A stretch of 60,268 bases of DNA, filler included. It is 8 parts of 8 records of this genome, joined end to end, with 100 filler letters (N's around TTAATTAATTAA, not from the genome) between each part and the next. Parts side by side here need not be neighbours in the genome. Positions count along the whole stretch, not along the records: positions 25,760 to 31,134 come from SRR31147125_80383; positions 31,235 to 38,222 come from SRR31147125_80425; positions 38,323 to 45,574 come from SRR31147125_80593; 5 more parts are not named here. One strand, 5' to 3'. How positions within the stretch are numbered: position 1 is the stretch's first letter; each line of letters begins with the position of its first letter. Below are positions 30,034-40,238 of the stretch, in pieces. The notes under the pieces were generated by a model. That model made no database searches, had not been told where the DNA came from, and saw nothing but the letters and a program-made list of their open reading frames with translations. The position numbers were made by a program, and so were the translations under genes.

Positions 30034-31134
30034 TTATATAATTCCATCCTTCGGAAGCATGGCGACAACCTTGGTATAATATCCTTCTTTGCTGTATATT
30101 TTTATTCCGTACTCTTCTCCAAAATATAGTTTTATCCTTCTGTTTACGTTTTCAAGCCCTACATTTATCTTTTGATTTTCCTGTAGATTAAAAAAGTACT
30201 CATCTGATGTTCTTTGAAGATTGGCATTTATGAACTCTACACTTTCATCGGATATCCCATTGCCGGAATTGCACACTATGATTTGAATATGGCTTTCATT
30301 TCCTTCAGCTCCCACATATATGCATCCGCCTTCTCTTCTTCTGTCTATTCCGTGGTATATAGCGTTTTCAATAAGGGGCTGAATTAATAATTTAGGTATT
30401 TTATAGCCGTTTAAGTTCTCGTCTATTTTTTTAATTACTCTTACCCTGTCGGCAAATCTTTTTTTCATTATGCTTAGGTATCTGTCGATGTATTCTATCT
30501 CGGTTCTTAGCTCAATCAAAGGCCCGCCTTTGCCTATTCCCGCCTTCATAATCTCCGCCATATCCTCCACCATCTCACTGATTTCATCCACGTGCTGAAG
30601 TCTTGCAGTCCACGAAATGGTCTCTAATGTGTTAAACAGAAAATGGGGATTAATCTGGGATTGCAGTGCCTGAAGCTCTGCATCCTTTTTCGTAATCTCC
30701 GCCCTGTATATATCTTTTACTAATGTTTGGTTTTCCTTTATCATTGTATTGAAAGTGGAGCTCATATATCCCAGTTCATCTTTCCTGTCCACAGCGACGT
30801 CAACGTCGGTTTCCCCTGAGCGAACTCTTTCCATAGCTTTTGTTATTTCCATGATGGGCTTAACAGTATCCCTCGAAAATATCCACGTAAACACAGAAAA
30901 TGCAATGGACATAAATATTCCCGATATAATAAGTAGCTTTCTGAAGTTATAAATATCCGAAAACAGGATATCCAGCTTCTGCAGCGAAACCAAAGACCAA
31001 TCTGCATTTTGTACATCAGCCCGAACAAAAAGCATATTTTCATCTTTGTTAACCTGCCAGACTATGCCTTTTTGTAAAAATTGCTGAGTTGCGTTAAGCA
31101 ATACAGCTTCCTCGCTTATGTGTACGGGAGTGCC
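30034..31134 (-). CDS. YesM-type sensor histidine kinase (5'-truncated)
   Basis: HAMP domain, QSQINPHFLFNTLE, QPLIENAIYHG and VGLENVNRRI motifs. Confidence 0.93.
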   Translation of the reverse strand, partial: GTPVHISEEAVLLNATQQFLQKGIVWQVNKDENMLFVRADVQNADWSLVSLQKLDILFSDIYNFRKLLIISGIFMSIAFSVFTWIFSRDTVKPIMEITKAMERVRSGETDVDVAVDRKDELGYMSSTFNTMIKENQTLVKDIYRAEITKKDAELQALQSQINPHFLFNTLETISWTARLQHVDEISEMVEDMAEIMKAGIGKGGPLIELRTEIEYIDRYLSIMKKRFADRVRVIKKIDENLNGYKIPKLLIQPLIENAIYHGIDRRREGGCIYVGAEGNESHIQIIVCNSGNGISDESVEFINANLQRTSDEYFFNLQENQKINVGLENVNRRIKLYFGEEYGIKIYSKEGYYTKVVAMLPKDGII

Positions 31135-31234
31135 NNNNNNNNNNNNNNNNNNNNNNNNNNNNNNNNNNNNNNNNNNNNTTAATTAATTAANNNNNNNNNN
31201 NNNNNNNNNNNNNNNNNNNNNNNNNNNNNNNNNN

Positions 31235-31609
31235 AATATTGAAATCATGTTCATGTTCGCCATCATGGGGATCATCTATTACCATTCCCTGAACGAGGAT
31301 CGAAAGGCCAAAATTATGGGCATCCCGGACATGTGGGTCTGGGCGGCGGCTTATGCCGCATTTGCCGTATTTGTGGAATGCTTTTTGAATATCGGCGGCC
31401 ACCTGGTCTGGGAATACCCGTTCTGGGAACGCACATTTAAAGGGGTCTGGCTGATCTTTTTCTTCGGTTATTTCCACTTTTTCTGCGCCATCATCTTCGT
31501 GATCACCCGGAAAACCATGAAGACCAAGCTGATCACCGTCGGCATCATATACGCTGTGCCTGTTCTCATGAATATCATGGGACTCGGGGTTTTTAAGTGG
31601 CAGTATTAG
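31235..31609 (+). CDS. Conserved multi-pass membrane protein, C-terminal part
   Basis: Open from the contig edge (NIEIMFMFAIMG...VECFLN...LVWEYPFW) with several hydrophobic helices. Confidence 0.75.
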   Translation, partial: NIEIMFMFAIMGIIYYHSLNEDRKAKIMGIPDMWVWAAAYAAFAVFVECFLNIGGHLVWEYPFWERTFKGVWLIFFFGYFHFFCAIIFVITRKTMKTKLITVGIIYAVPVLMNIMGLGVFKWQY

Positions 31610-31900
31610 GTCCTGTACGCCTCCCCGGAAACACCGGGGAGGAGCGCCACACTTCTTTTTCAAATAAAGGCAGCATCTGGATTCCCACCAACCACACCAA
31701 AATCATACCATTAAAATACAATAATACATCAGAATCCTCTGTTATACACCTGAAATACAACGGATTTGGGTCTGGGGCTTGCGCAAAAGAGGGGGTTAAA
31801 ACAGTTAGTCTGGCATTACCTCATTTCACACTCCCAACTATTGACAAATAGGCTTCCTTTTTATACTTTTTAAAAGCTTTCCTTATTTAGGTAAGAACAA

Positions 31901-32947
31901 TTGGGAGCAGGTATTTTTATCTTGAACATTCATATTTCACAGAAAAACAGGTCAGACCAATCAAAAACAATATTAAGATCACTCCATTCATCACATACAG
32001 ATCCCCGTGAGATGGTCATTGTACTTCCCCCCGCCATCGGCAGGGGGGTGATTCGAAAAATCGGGCTTGAATGCGGGATTGACCTGGTTTTACTCAATTA
32101 TCACCCCTCGGGTCCCTTTATTTCTGCAGTGGAAGACCAGGCGCCTGTCTTCGGGTTTAACTTTTCATTGTCCGGCAATACCGCCATGACCCTGTCCGGC
32201 CTGAAATCAAACCTTATCCTGGCCCGGGGCCAAAGCAGTGCCTTTTATTACCCGGAAAAAACAGGGACCTGCCAAGACCGCCCCAATGCACCCGTCATCA
32301 GGATTTCAATTCAGATCTCTCCCCGGGTATTCTGCAACCTGATGGAGCAGAACATTGAAAACATGCCCCCCGGCCTCAGGGCCCCGGCGGAACAAGGATA
32401 CGGCAGCCACTTTGACTCGGTTGACATCATCACCTCTCCCATGCGTTCGGTCCTGGACCAGATCATCAACTGCCCCTTCCAGGGAAGTGTCCGCCGCCTG
32501 TTTCTGGAAGGCAAGACCATGGAACTGGCAGCCCTGAAGCTTGAACAGATCACCGCAGGACCCCGTTCCGGGGTCCTGGCCATGAAATCAGATGATTTGG
32601 ACCGGATCCTTGAAGCCAGAAGCATTCTGGAAAAAAATTATCAGAATCCCCCCAATCTTAATGAATTGTCCGGCAAAGTGGGCATGTCCAGAACCAAATT
32701 GCTCACACTCTTTAAAAAATCCCAAAACACCACCCCTGCCGGCTATGTCCGCAACCTGCGTCTTGAAAAGGCCAGGCAGCTTCTGTTAACCGGAGAGATG
32801 AATGTCTCGGAAACCGCCTTTTTTGTCGGATATTCAAGTCTCAGTTATTTTGCCGCAGCCTTTAAGCAATACCACGGCATCCTGCCTGGGCGCCTCATCC
32901 CTGCCCCCTCCTCCGGACCGGGCCAAAATAGCATTTTACCATCATAA
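31901..32947 (+). CDS. AraC family regulator (PchR/YbtA-like)
   Basis: LFLEGKTMEL, NPPNLNELS and VGYSSLSYFAAAFK motifs. Upstream of a TonB receptor. Start uncertain. Confidence 0.88.
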   Translation: MGAGIFILNIHISQKNRSDQSKTILRSLHSSHTDPREMVIVLPPAIGRGVIRKIGLECGIDLVLLNYHPSGPFISAVEDQAPVFGFNFSLSGNTAMTLSGLKSNLILARGQSSAFYYPEKTGTCQDRPNAPVIRISIQISPRVFCNLMEQNIENMPPGLRAPAEQGYGSHFDSVDIITSPMRSVLDQIINCPFQGSVRRLFLEGKTMELAALKLEQITAGPRSGVLAMKSDDLDRILEARSILEKNYQNPPNLNELSGKVGMSRTKLLTLFKKSQNTTPAGYVRNLRLEKARQLLLTGEMNVSETAFFVGYSSLSYFAAAFKQYHGILPGRLIPAPSSGPGQNSILPS

Positions 32948-33067
32948 AAATGAATTCCAGCGTTAGCAGGATTTTTTCTTCTGCCCTATAACTGCATCTG
33001 ATCCATCTGACCTGCCAGAAAAACAGGCTCAGGGACCATATTTACCATGAGTTAAAAGGAAAAAAGA

Positions 33068-35155
33068 ATGAAAATCACGTTTAAATTACCACCGGTATTT
33101 CTGCTGGTTGCCGGGCTTTTTTTTACGATCCTTGTTCCGCCGGTCACGGCCCAGGAAAAAAACACAGAAAGCCGAAAAATCGACGCCATCACCGTAACAG
33201 CCCAGAAAAGAGAAGAAAATCCCCAGGACATACCCATTAGCATGGATGTATTTTCCGGTATCCAGATCGAAGATGCCGGGGTGACAAAAATGACGGAATT
33301 GACCCGGTTTTCGCCCAACCTCTTTTCCACCCCCAGCATGGAAAACAATTCCATTGTCATCCGGGGGGTATCCACCCACAATACGGCCTTAAGCCCTGCG
33401 GCCGGGGTTTTTGTCAATGACATCAGCTACCCTTTGAACCGGATGCAGAATCCGGATTTGATGGACATTGAGCGCATTGAAATCCTCAGGGGCCCCCAGG
33501 GAACCTTGTACGGAAAAAATACCGAGTCAGGCGCCGTCAATATTGTCACCAGGCAGCCGGGAAACGATCTTAGGGGCAAAGTATACGGACAATACGGGTT
33601 TTATGATACCCCCCGCGGCAATGTTCCCCTTTACCGGGTGGGGGGAAGCATCAGCGGCCCCATTCAAAAAGACAGTCTTTTTATGGGGCTGGCGTTTCAG
33701 TCCAAGGAGTCTGACGGGTATATAAAAAATATCCATAACAATAATGAAAGGGCAGCCAAAACAGACCGGAAAATCGGACAGGTCAACCTGAGGTGGACCC
33801 CGGGTCCCCAATGGGATATCTCCTTTATCACCGATGTTTCGGAAAACACCGATTTTTACGGCACCCAGAGATATGCCACAGGCCCGGGACAGAGCAGCCC
33901 CTTTACCATCAATTGGAACGGCGGCAACGACTGGATGGAAAAAAACAATAACCAGGTCATCCGGGCCGGCTACAGGGGCACCTATTTTGACCTTGTTTCC
34001 ATTACCAGCCGGAGCGACTATATCATTGATTTTACAAATGATGCCGATTTCGGCCCATTTAATTTTAAGAACCAGGACTGGGTTTTTGACACCCTTTCCT
34101 GGAGCCAGGAAATCCGGCTGAGTTCCCCCGGGAATCATGACAGATTTAAATGGGTGGCCGGCCTCTACGGCGCCAAAGACGATACCCGGGTGACCGCCCA
34201 TACCCCGGCCTATGCATCCATGCGCAATACCCGCATGGAAAGCCGGACCCTGGCGGTTTTCGGCCAGGGCACCTATACCCTGGGCCCCAGGCTGCACCTC
34301 ACCGCAGGCCTGAGATACGAATACCAGGACCTGGACGGGGAGCAGGTCAACCATCTTGGCGCAGACCGCCATTATTCACGGACCGATACCAATGACGAAT
34401 TTCTGCCCAAGGTCTCGGCCGCCTATGACCTGACCGAAAACATCATGGCCTATGCCACCATTGCCAAAGGGTTCTTATCCGGCGGGTATGATTTTTACAT
34501 GAGCAATAGTGCAGACGACCTCTACTTTAAACCCGAACATACCACCAGTTACGAAGCCGGTGTGAAAACCGGATTATTTGACAACAGGCTCATCCTCAAT
34601 GCCGCCCTCTTCCACCTTGAGGTTAAAGACAAGCAGGTGGTGGAATGGCCGGCAGGACAGCCGGTCACTTCCAGGGATGTAACCAATGCAGGCAGGGCAT
34701 CATCCCAGGGCCTGGAGCTGGAAATCAAGGCAAGGCCCCGGGCCGGGCTGGATCTTTTTGCCGGGCTGGGATACACCCGGGCCCGGTTTGAGGACTGGGT
34801 GACAGCATGTGCCCAGGGCGGCAGCTACTCCTATGAAGGCAATGACCTGCCCATGGCCCCAAGGGTCACCTTCCATGCCGGCGCCCAGTACAGATTCCAG
34901 AACGGATTCTTCCTCAGGGCCGATCTTCTGGGCACAGGAGACTATTATAATGATTCTGAAAACACCCAGAAAATTGACGGGTATGAAACCGTTAATTTAA
35001 AGATCGGATATGAACAGGAAGATTACGATATTGTTCTATGGGCCAATAATGCCTTTGATGAAAAATATATCATCAGCAAGGTCAATTATATGGGATCCCT
35101 GGTCCAGGACGGAGAACCCCGGAGCATGGGGGTGAAACTGACCTACCGGTTCTGA
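33068..35155 (+). CDS. TonB-dependent receptor (siderophore/metal type)
   Basis: Signal peptide, ITVTAQKREE, ERIEILRGPQGTLYG plug motif, C-terminal Phe. Confidence 0.95.
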   Translation: MKITFKLPPVFLLVAGLFFTILVPPVTAQEKNTESRKIDAITVTAQKREENPQDIPISMDVFSGIQIEDAGVTKMTELTRFSPNLFSTPSMENNSIVIRGVSTHNTALSPAAGVFVNDISYPLNRMQNPDLMDIERIEILRGPQGTLYGKNTESGAVNIVTRQPGNDLRGKVYGQYGFYDTPRGNVPLYRVGGSISGPIQKDSLFMGLAFQSKESDGYIKNIHNNNERAAKTDRKIGQVNLRWTPGPQWDISFITDVSENTDFYGTQRYATGPGQSSPFTINWNGGNDWMEKNNNQVIRAGYRGTYFDLVSITSRSDYIIDFTNDADFGPFNFKNQDWVFDTLSWSQEIRLSSPGNHDRFKWVAGLYGAKDDTRVTAHTPAYASMRNTRMESRTLAVFGQGTYTLGPRLHLTAGLRYEYQDLDGEQVNHLGADRHYSRTDTNDEFLPKVSAAYDLTENIMAYATIAKGFLSGGYDFYMSNSADDLYFKPEHTTSYEAGVKTGLFDNRLILNAALFHLEVKDKQVVEWPAGQPVTSRDVTNAGRASSQGLELEIKARPRAGLDLFAGLGYTRARFEDWVTACAQGGSYSYEGNDLPMAPRVTFHAGAQYRFQNGFFLRADLLGTGDYYNDSENTQKIDGYETVNLKIGYEQEDYDIVLWANNAFDEKYIISKVNYMGSLVQDGEPRSMGVKLTYRF

Positions 35156-35174
35156 TGCCATTTTATTCAATCAT

Positions 35175-35202
35175 ATCCCCCGGCATAAATGTGCCGGGGG
35201 AT
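35175..35202 (+). terminator. Intergenic hairpin (attenuator or stabiliser)
   Basis: ATCCCCCGGCA-6 nt-TGCCGGGGGAT with no T-tail. Confidence 0.5.
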
Positions 35203-35225
35203 CCCCACAATCTTAAGGAGAAAAC

Positions 35226-36107
35226 ATGAAGATATTGCTGAAAACCACCGCCCTGGTTATATTCCTGGCTTCCAATGCCTTTTCCCATTCCCTATGGGTC
35301 AATTCCTTTGAATCCTTTGCCCATAAGCCGGGGCACACCACCATCGCCCTGGGGTGGGGCCACGGCCTGCCCATTGATGACATGCCCAACAGCACCAACG
35401 CCCGGGTTGTCCTGGAAAGATTCTGCCTGGTCGATCCTGACGGAAAAAAGACCCGGCTGAAAATGCCAGAAACCCGGGTGGAAACGCCTTTTATCTCCAC
35501 TGGCGGATTTGACATTTTTGATGCGGATTTGGCCTGCCAGAAAATCGCCCTTAAAAAAGATACCCCCACAGGGGTCTACCTGATTGAAGCCGTGTCAAAA
35601 AAGAATTTCTACACCCGGTACCTGGATGAAAAAGGCAGGCAGCGGCTGGCATTAAAACCCATGGATGAAATTGAGGGCATCCAAAAAATCATATTCTCGG
35701 TTCAATACCAGGCCTGTGCAAAATCCTATCTGAGTATCGGCCAGTGGAAAAATCCAAAGCCGGCCGGCCACGGCCTTGAAATCACCCCGTTGACCGACCT
35801 GTCCAGTGTCAGGGTCGGGGACATGGTGGAATTTGACGTCCGGTTTAACGGCAAGCCCTTATCCTACAGCCCGAACAGCATAGAGTATATCACGGCCTAT
35901 GGGTCATCCTTCGGCCTGTCAGACGGGTTTGCCCTGTTTTCCTATGTTTCAAAGGGAAAGGCCCAGTTCAGGGTGCAGAGCGCAGGCCAATGGCTGGTCA
36001 ATATTTTCCATAATGAGCCGGTGACCAAAGACGGGCCCTTAAACGCCCTTTACAATAAGGTCACCTCTGCCAATTACGGTGCCACCCTGACCTTTACGGT
36101 GAAATAG
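35226..36107 (+). CDS. DUF4198-family periplasmic metal-uptake-associated protein
   Basis: Signal peptide followed by H-S-L-W, GWGH, LEITP...GDMVEFDVRFNGKPL and GQWLV. Confidence 0.8.
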   Translation: MKILLKTTALVIFLASNAFSHSLWVNSFESFAHKPGHTTIALGWGHGLPIDDMPNSTNARVVLERFCLVDPDGKKTRLKMPETRVETPFISTGGFDIFDADLACQKIALKKDTPTGVYLIEAVSKKNFYTRYLDEKGRQRLALKPMDEIEGIQKIIFSVQYQACAKSYLSIGQWKNPKPAGHGLEITPLTDLSSVRVGDMVEFDVRFNGKPLSYSPNSIEYITAYGSSFGLSDGFALFSYVSKGKAQFRVQSAGQWLVNIFHNEPVTKDGPLNALYNKVTSANYGATLTFTVK

Positions 36108-36149
36108 CCCAAACACATCACCAGCTTAATTTAAAGGCTAACCCGGGTA

Positions 36150-36785
36150 TCAACGATGACTTGCAGCCAGGCTGATGCCGGCACCGATAAAACTTGTGCC
36201 GATCACCCGTTTTATCCATTTGCCGAGGATGGCCCTGGAAAAAACAGGCACGATCTTCTGGCCGCCCATGGCATAAATCATGAAACAGGCAAATGCGATC
36301 ACGGCCATCATGGATAAAAGCAGGCTGCACTGGACCAGGTAGCCTGCTTCCGGGTGAATGAACTGGGGGAAAACGGCCGTAAAAAAAACAATGGCCTTGG
36401 GATTGGCAGCCGTCACCAGGGCGGACTGAATAAAAAGCCGCCGCAAAGGAGGGCCGCTTTCAGATTTACGTGCAGGTTCCCTCTGTTCTTCCAGGCCGAA
36501 ATCCCGGGCCAGGAGGAGACGAATCCCCATATAGACCAGATAGGCGGCGCCCGCCCATTTAACGGCCTGGAACACGGTTTCCGAAGCCAGGAGTATGGTG
36601 CCCAGCCCCAGGATGGAGACCAGGGCCTGGACCATGGTCACGGCCAGGTTTCCCAGGGCGGAAACCAGGGTCTTTTTAGTGCCGTACTGCATCCCGTGGG
36701 TCAGGGCCAGAAGCATGCTGGGCCCGGGAATGATGGAAGCGATAAATACCGTGAACGAAAATCCAATGATAAAATTCAGGGACAT
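36150..36785 (-). CDS. LysE/RhtB family exporter
   Basis: PGPSM, KWAGAAYLVYMG and ANPKAIVFF motifs. Confidence 0.93.
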   Translation of the reverse strand: MSLNFIIGFSFTVFIASIIPGPSMLLALTHGMQYGTKKTLVSALGNLAVTMVQALVSILGLGTILLASETVFQAVKWAGAAYLVYMGIRLLLARDFGLEEQREPARKSESGPPLRRLFIQSALVTAANPKAIVFFTAVFPQFIHPEAGYLVQCSLLLSMMAVIAFACFMIYAMGGQKIVPVFSRAILGKWIKRVIGTSFIGAGISLAASHR

Positions 36786-36797
36786 TACAGCACTCCT

Positions 36798-37843
36798 TTA
36801 TTCGTAAATGGTATGCTTCCGGGGGTCAAAGGCCTCCCTGATGCCCTCCCCGGTGAAGGTCACGGTCATCAGGGTCACCACCAGGGCCCCCACAACAGAA
36901 GCAGAAATCCACCAGGCCTCCATGTTCTGCCATCCCTGGGAGAGCAGTTCCCCCCAGGAGGGGGTGGGGGCGGGCAGGCCGAAGCCCAGGTAATCCAGGG
37001 AGGTCAGCGCCACGATCCCGGAGGATACGGCAAAGGGGGCATAGGTCACGATAACAGAAATTGTATTTGGGATGATATGCCTGAATATAATCCTGAAATG
37101 GGAGGCCCCAAGGGATCTCACCGCCAGGATATACTCCCGTTCCTTTTCTTTATAGGTCATGGTCCGCATCACCCAGGTGATGCCGATCCACCCGAAAAAA
37201 GCCATGATCAGAATGAGGATCATAAAGGAAGGCACCACAATGGAGGAAATGATGATAATGACGTATAAAAAGGGAATATTGGACCAGATCTCGATGATAC
37301 GCTGGAAAAAAAGATCGAATTTTCCCCCGAAATACCCCATGGTGCATCCGATGAAAATCCCGATGCTGTAATTGAGCACCAGCAGGCCAAAGGAAAATAA
37401 AATGGCGGTCCTGAACCCGTAGACCAGCCTGGCCAGGACATCCCGGCCCACATTGTCCGTGCCCAGAAAATGACGCTGGGAAAATGAAGGGGGAAACGGG
37501 GGATATTCATTGAGCCTCAGATCGTTTTCATAGGGGTTGTAGGGCACCGGCGGCATGAGAACGACGCCTTTTGCCTCCCCCTGTCCATCTTTGCTTTCAG
37601 ATCCCGGTAATTGGTTTCATAGGAATAGTCCAGGCCGAACACCGTGCCCGGAATCATCTGGCCGTAGGTGGGAAAATACCAATTGCCCTGGTATTGGACC
37701 ACCAATGCCCTGGAATTGATAAAGACCTCGGCAAAAAGGGAAAAGACGATCAGGGCCGTAATGATCACAAAGGACCAGAATCCCCTGGAAATGGACCGGA
37801 ACCGTTTGAGCTTGAGAACCGTAACCGGGTTGAAAAATGCCAT
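36798..37843 (-). CDS. yejE: Peptide ABC permease (YejE-like), frameshifted near 37560
   Basis: ORFs 37517-37843 (KRFRSISRGFWS...FPTY) and 36798-37556 (LGTDNVGRDV...GEGIREAFDPR) together form one YejE. Confidence 0.8.
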
Positions 37844-37867
37844 GGCCTCCCCTATTTACACCTTAAC

Positions 37868-38222
37868 CTATTTAAATCTCACCCTGGGATCCACCAGGGC
37901 CACGCAGATATCCGAAAGAATATTGCCGATCATAAACAAAAGAGAGGAAATCACCAAAATCCCCATGACCACCGGATAGTCCCGGTCCACGATGGACTCG
38001 TACCCCAGAAGCCCCATCCCGTTGATATTAAATACCTTTTCAATGAGAAAAGAGCCCATGAGAATAATGGAAATATTGTTGCCGAATGAGGTGGCGATGG
38101 GGACCAGACTATTGCGCAGGGCATGGCGGAAAACCGCTTTTTTAAAGGGCAGGCCCTTGGCAATGGCTGTTCTCACATAATCGGCAGAGAGGTTGTCCAT
38201 GAGGGTGTTTTTCATGAGCAGG
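37868..38222 (-). CDS. Peptide ABC permease (YejB/OppB-like), C-terminal part
   Basis: DYVRTAIAKGL, HALRNSL, RDYPVV and VDPRV motifs. Confidence 0.9.
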
Positions 38223-38398
38223 NNNNNNNNNNNNNNNNNNNNNNNNNNNNNNNNNNNNNNNNNNNNTTAATTAATTAANNNNNNNNNNNNNNNNNNNNNN
38301 NNNNNNNNNNNNNNNNNNNNNNCCCCCTGAAACGCCTCCGCCAACCAGCACGATGACCACTCTCTGCCAACGACCAGACTACAAGACAACCATAGCCC

Positions 38399-39103
38399 AT
38401 GATTGAAGACGTAGAATACAGCGCCGCGATCATCGCCGGTCTGCTCTCCTTTTTCTCACCGTGCATACTGCCGCTGGTGCCGTCCTATTTCTCTTTTATC
38501 ACCGGCATATCCATAGACAGACTCGCCCACGCCGAAGGGGCCGAAGTGCGTCGAAAAGTTGTGATGAGCACACTCGCTTTCGTTTTCGGCTTCTCCATTG
38601 TGTTCATCATGCTGGGAGCGACCGCCGCCTTCTTCAGCGGATTGCTGCAGGGCGCCAAAGTCTACATCCGGATAGTGGGTGGCGCACTGATCATCATTTT
38701 GGGTCTTCATCTGATGGGCGTTTTGCGTATTCGATTTCTGGACATCGAAAAAAGGGTCCATCTGAATAAAAAGCCGGTCCATTTCATGGGCACCGTTCTG
38801 ATCGGAATGGCCTTTGGCGCGGGATGGAGCCCGTGCATTGGCCCCATGCTGGGCTCCATATTGATTTTGGCCGGAAACCAGGATACCGTGGCTCAAGGCG
38901 TCGGATTGTTGTCGCTCTATTCTGCGGGCCTGGCATTGCCCTTTATCGTGTTGTCGATCGGTATCCACTTTCTGATCGCCTTCGTCCGTCGCGCAGCCAA
39001 AGCCATACGTTATATCAACATCGGAGCCGGCGTCCTGCTCATTCTGACCGGCCTCTTGCTGATAACCGATAAATTAAGGTTGTTGGCCTATTTCAGCTAT
39101 TAA
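38399..39103 (+). CDS. ccdA: Cytochrome c biogenesis / thiol-disulfide transporter CcdA
   Basis: GLLSFFSPCILPL and GWSPCIGP motifs. Confidence 0.93.
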   Translation: MIEDVEYSAAIIAGLLSFFSPCILPLVPSYFSFITGISIDRLAHAEGAEVRRKVVMSTLAFVFGFSIVFIMLGATAAFFSGLLQGAKVYIRIVGGALIIILGLHLMGVLRIRFLDIEKRVHLNKKPVHFMGTVLIGMAFGAGWSPCIGPMLGSILILAGNQDTVAQGVGLLSLYSAGLALPFIVLSIGIHFLIAFVRRAAKAIRYINIGAGVLLILTGLLLITDKLRLLAYFSY

Positions 39104-39117
39104 GGAGAATTCCCGAT

Positions 39118-39585
39118 ATGAAACGCATCATCTATGCAATCCTTGGCGTCACGATCGCCGCTTTGGTCTGGTCATCAACCGGAACCGCGGCCAATGACCC
39201 CACCGGCGCCATCAACTGGATGACTTTCGAGGAGGCCCAAAAGAACCCCCAGGCCCAGTCACGCAAATTTCTGCTCTATTTCTATACGGACTGGTGCGGT
39301 TACTGCCGCAAGCTGGAGCAGAGCACCTTTGTGGACAAAAGTATTGCCGCCTACGTCAATCAAAACTTCATCCCGGTGCGCATCAACTCGGAGCAAAAAC
39401 CGAAAATCGCAGCGCGCTATCGCATCAGCGGCGTGCCCAACCTGAGATTTTTGACCGCCAAGGGCGAGGATATCGCCCACTGGCCCGGATATATAGAGGC
39501 CGACAGGTTCCTGCCGCTGCTCAAATACATCCACAGCGACAGCTATCTAAAAATGGGTTACGGCGATTTTCTCAAACAGCAATAG
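39118..39585 (+). CDS. Exported thioredoxin-fold protein (SoxW/DUF255-like)
   Basis: Signal peptide, WCGYC and GVP. Adjacent to ccdA. Confidence 0.88.
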   Translation: MKRIIYAILGVTIAALVWSSTGTAANDPTGAINWMTFEEAQKNPQAQSRKFLLYFYTDWCGYCRKLEQSTFVDKSIAAYVNQNFIPVRINSEQKPKIAARYRISGVPNLRFLTAKGEDIAHWPGYIEADRFLPLLKYIHSDSYLKMGYGDFLKQQ

Positions 39586-39659
39586 GTGTCAACAAATCGA
39601 CATCGGTGTATTGATCGGCATCTTGTCAGTAACCGCATTGCAGGCAGACCGATTCAGCA

Positions 39660-39929
39660 CTAATAGTCCCGATCCTGGAACTGATGGTCATAGTGGCGCT
39701 TGATCAGTCTATAAGCGACCGATCCGGCTGCAACAAGACTTAGGAGGAGAAGGGTGACCGGCACCCAGAGATGGTGATGATAGTCCGGCCGGGATCGTGC
39801 CACGGAGATACCCGCACCACTGAAGAGCGCAATCGCCAACATGGCCACCAGCAGAATCCAGCAAGCCGCGTTGCTGTCATACCAAGGCGCAATCACTTTC
39901 CGAAACAGAGGATTGGGATCTATTTTCAT
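39660..39929 (-). CDS. Small two-TM hypothetical protein
   Basis: NPLFRKVIAPWYDS followed by two hydrophobic helices. Alternative start at 39977. Confidence 0.7.
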   Translation of the reverse strand: MKIDPNPLFRKVIAPWYDSNAACWILLVAMLAIALFSGAGISVARSRPDYHHHLWVPVTLLLLSLVAAGSVAYRLIKRHYDHQFQDRDY

Positions 39930-40238
39930 GTTTTCGTTTTCATCTTTCCGGCTCCCGACCTTCGTTTCCAGAACCATACATGCGCTTTAAATTAAAAGCA
40001 AATCGCATCCCACCATCTAACGAAAACGCCAGCCTTTAAGATTTTTTACCAGAAACCGATGGTAAACGAAAAGTGAACCGTCCGTGATTCTCCATCTCCC
40101 GACGGACGACACAGAACGGATGCATGCAGTTCAATTGACAAGCGCCACCCATCCTGTGTAAGCAGTTATTCAAGGCTGATTCTCAATGGAAGCGCCTTTC
40201 ACTGAACTGAACGACTGCGGCTATCTGAAGAGGGCAGA

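Noticed and set aside
25760..31134. YesMN plus Lpl-type ABC cluster
   Set aside because: Ordinary clostridial carbohydrate-uptake locus. Nothing unusual seen.
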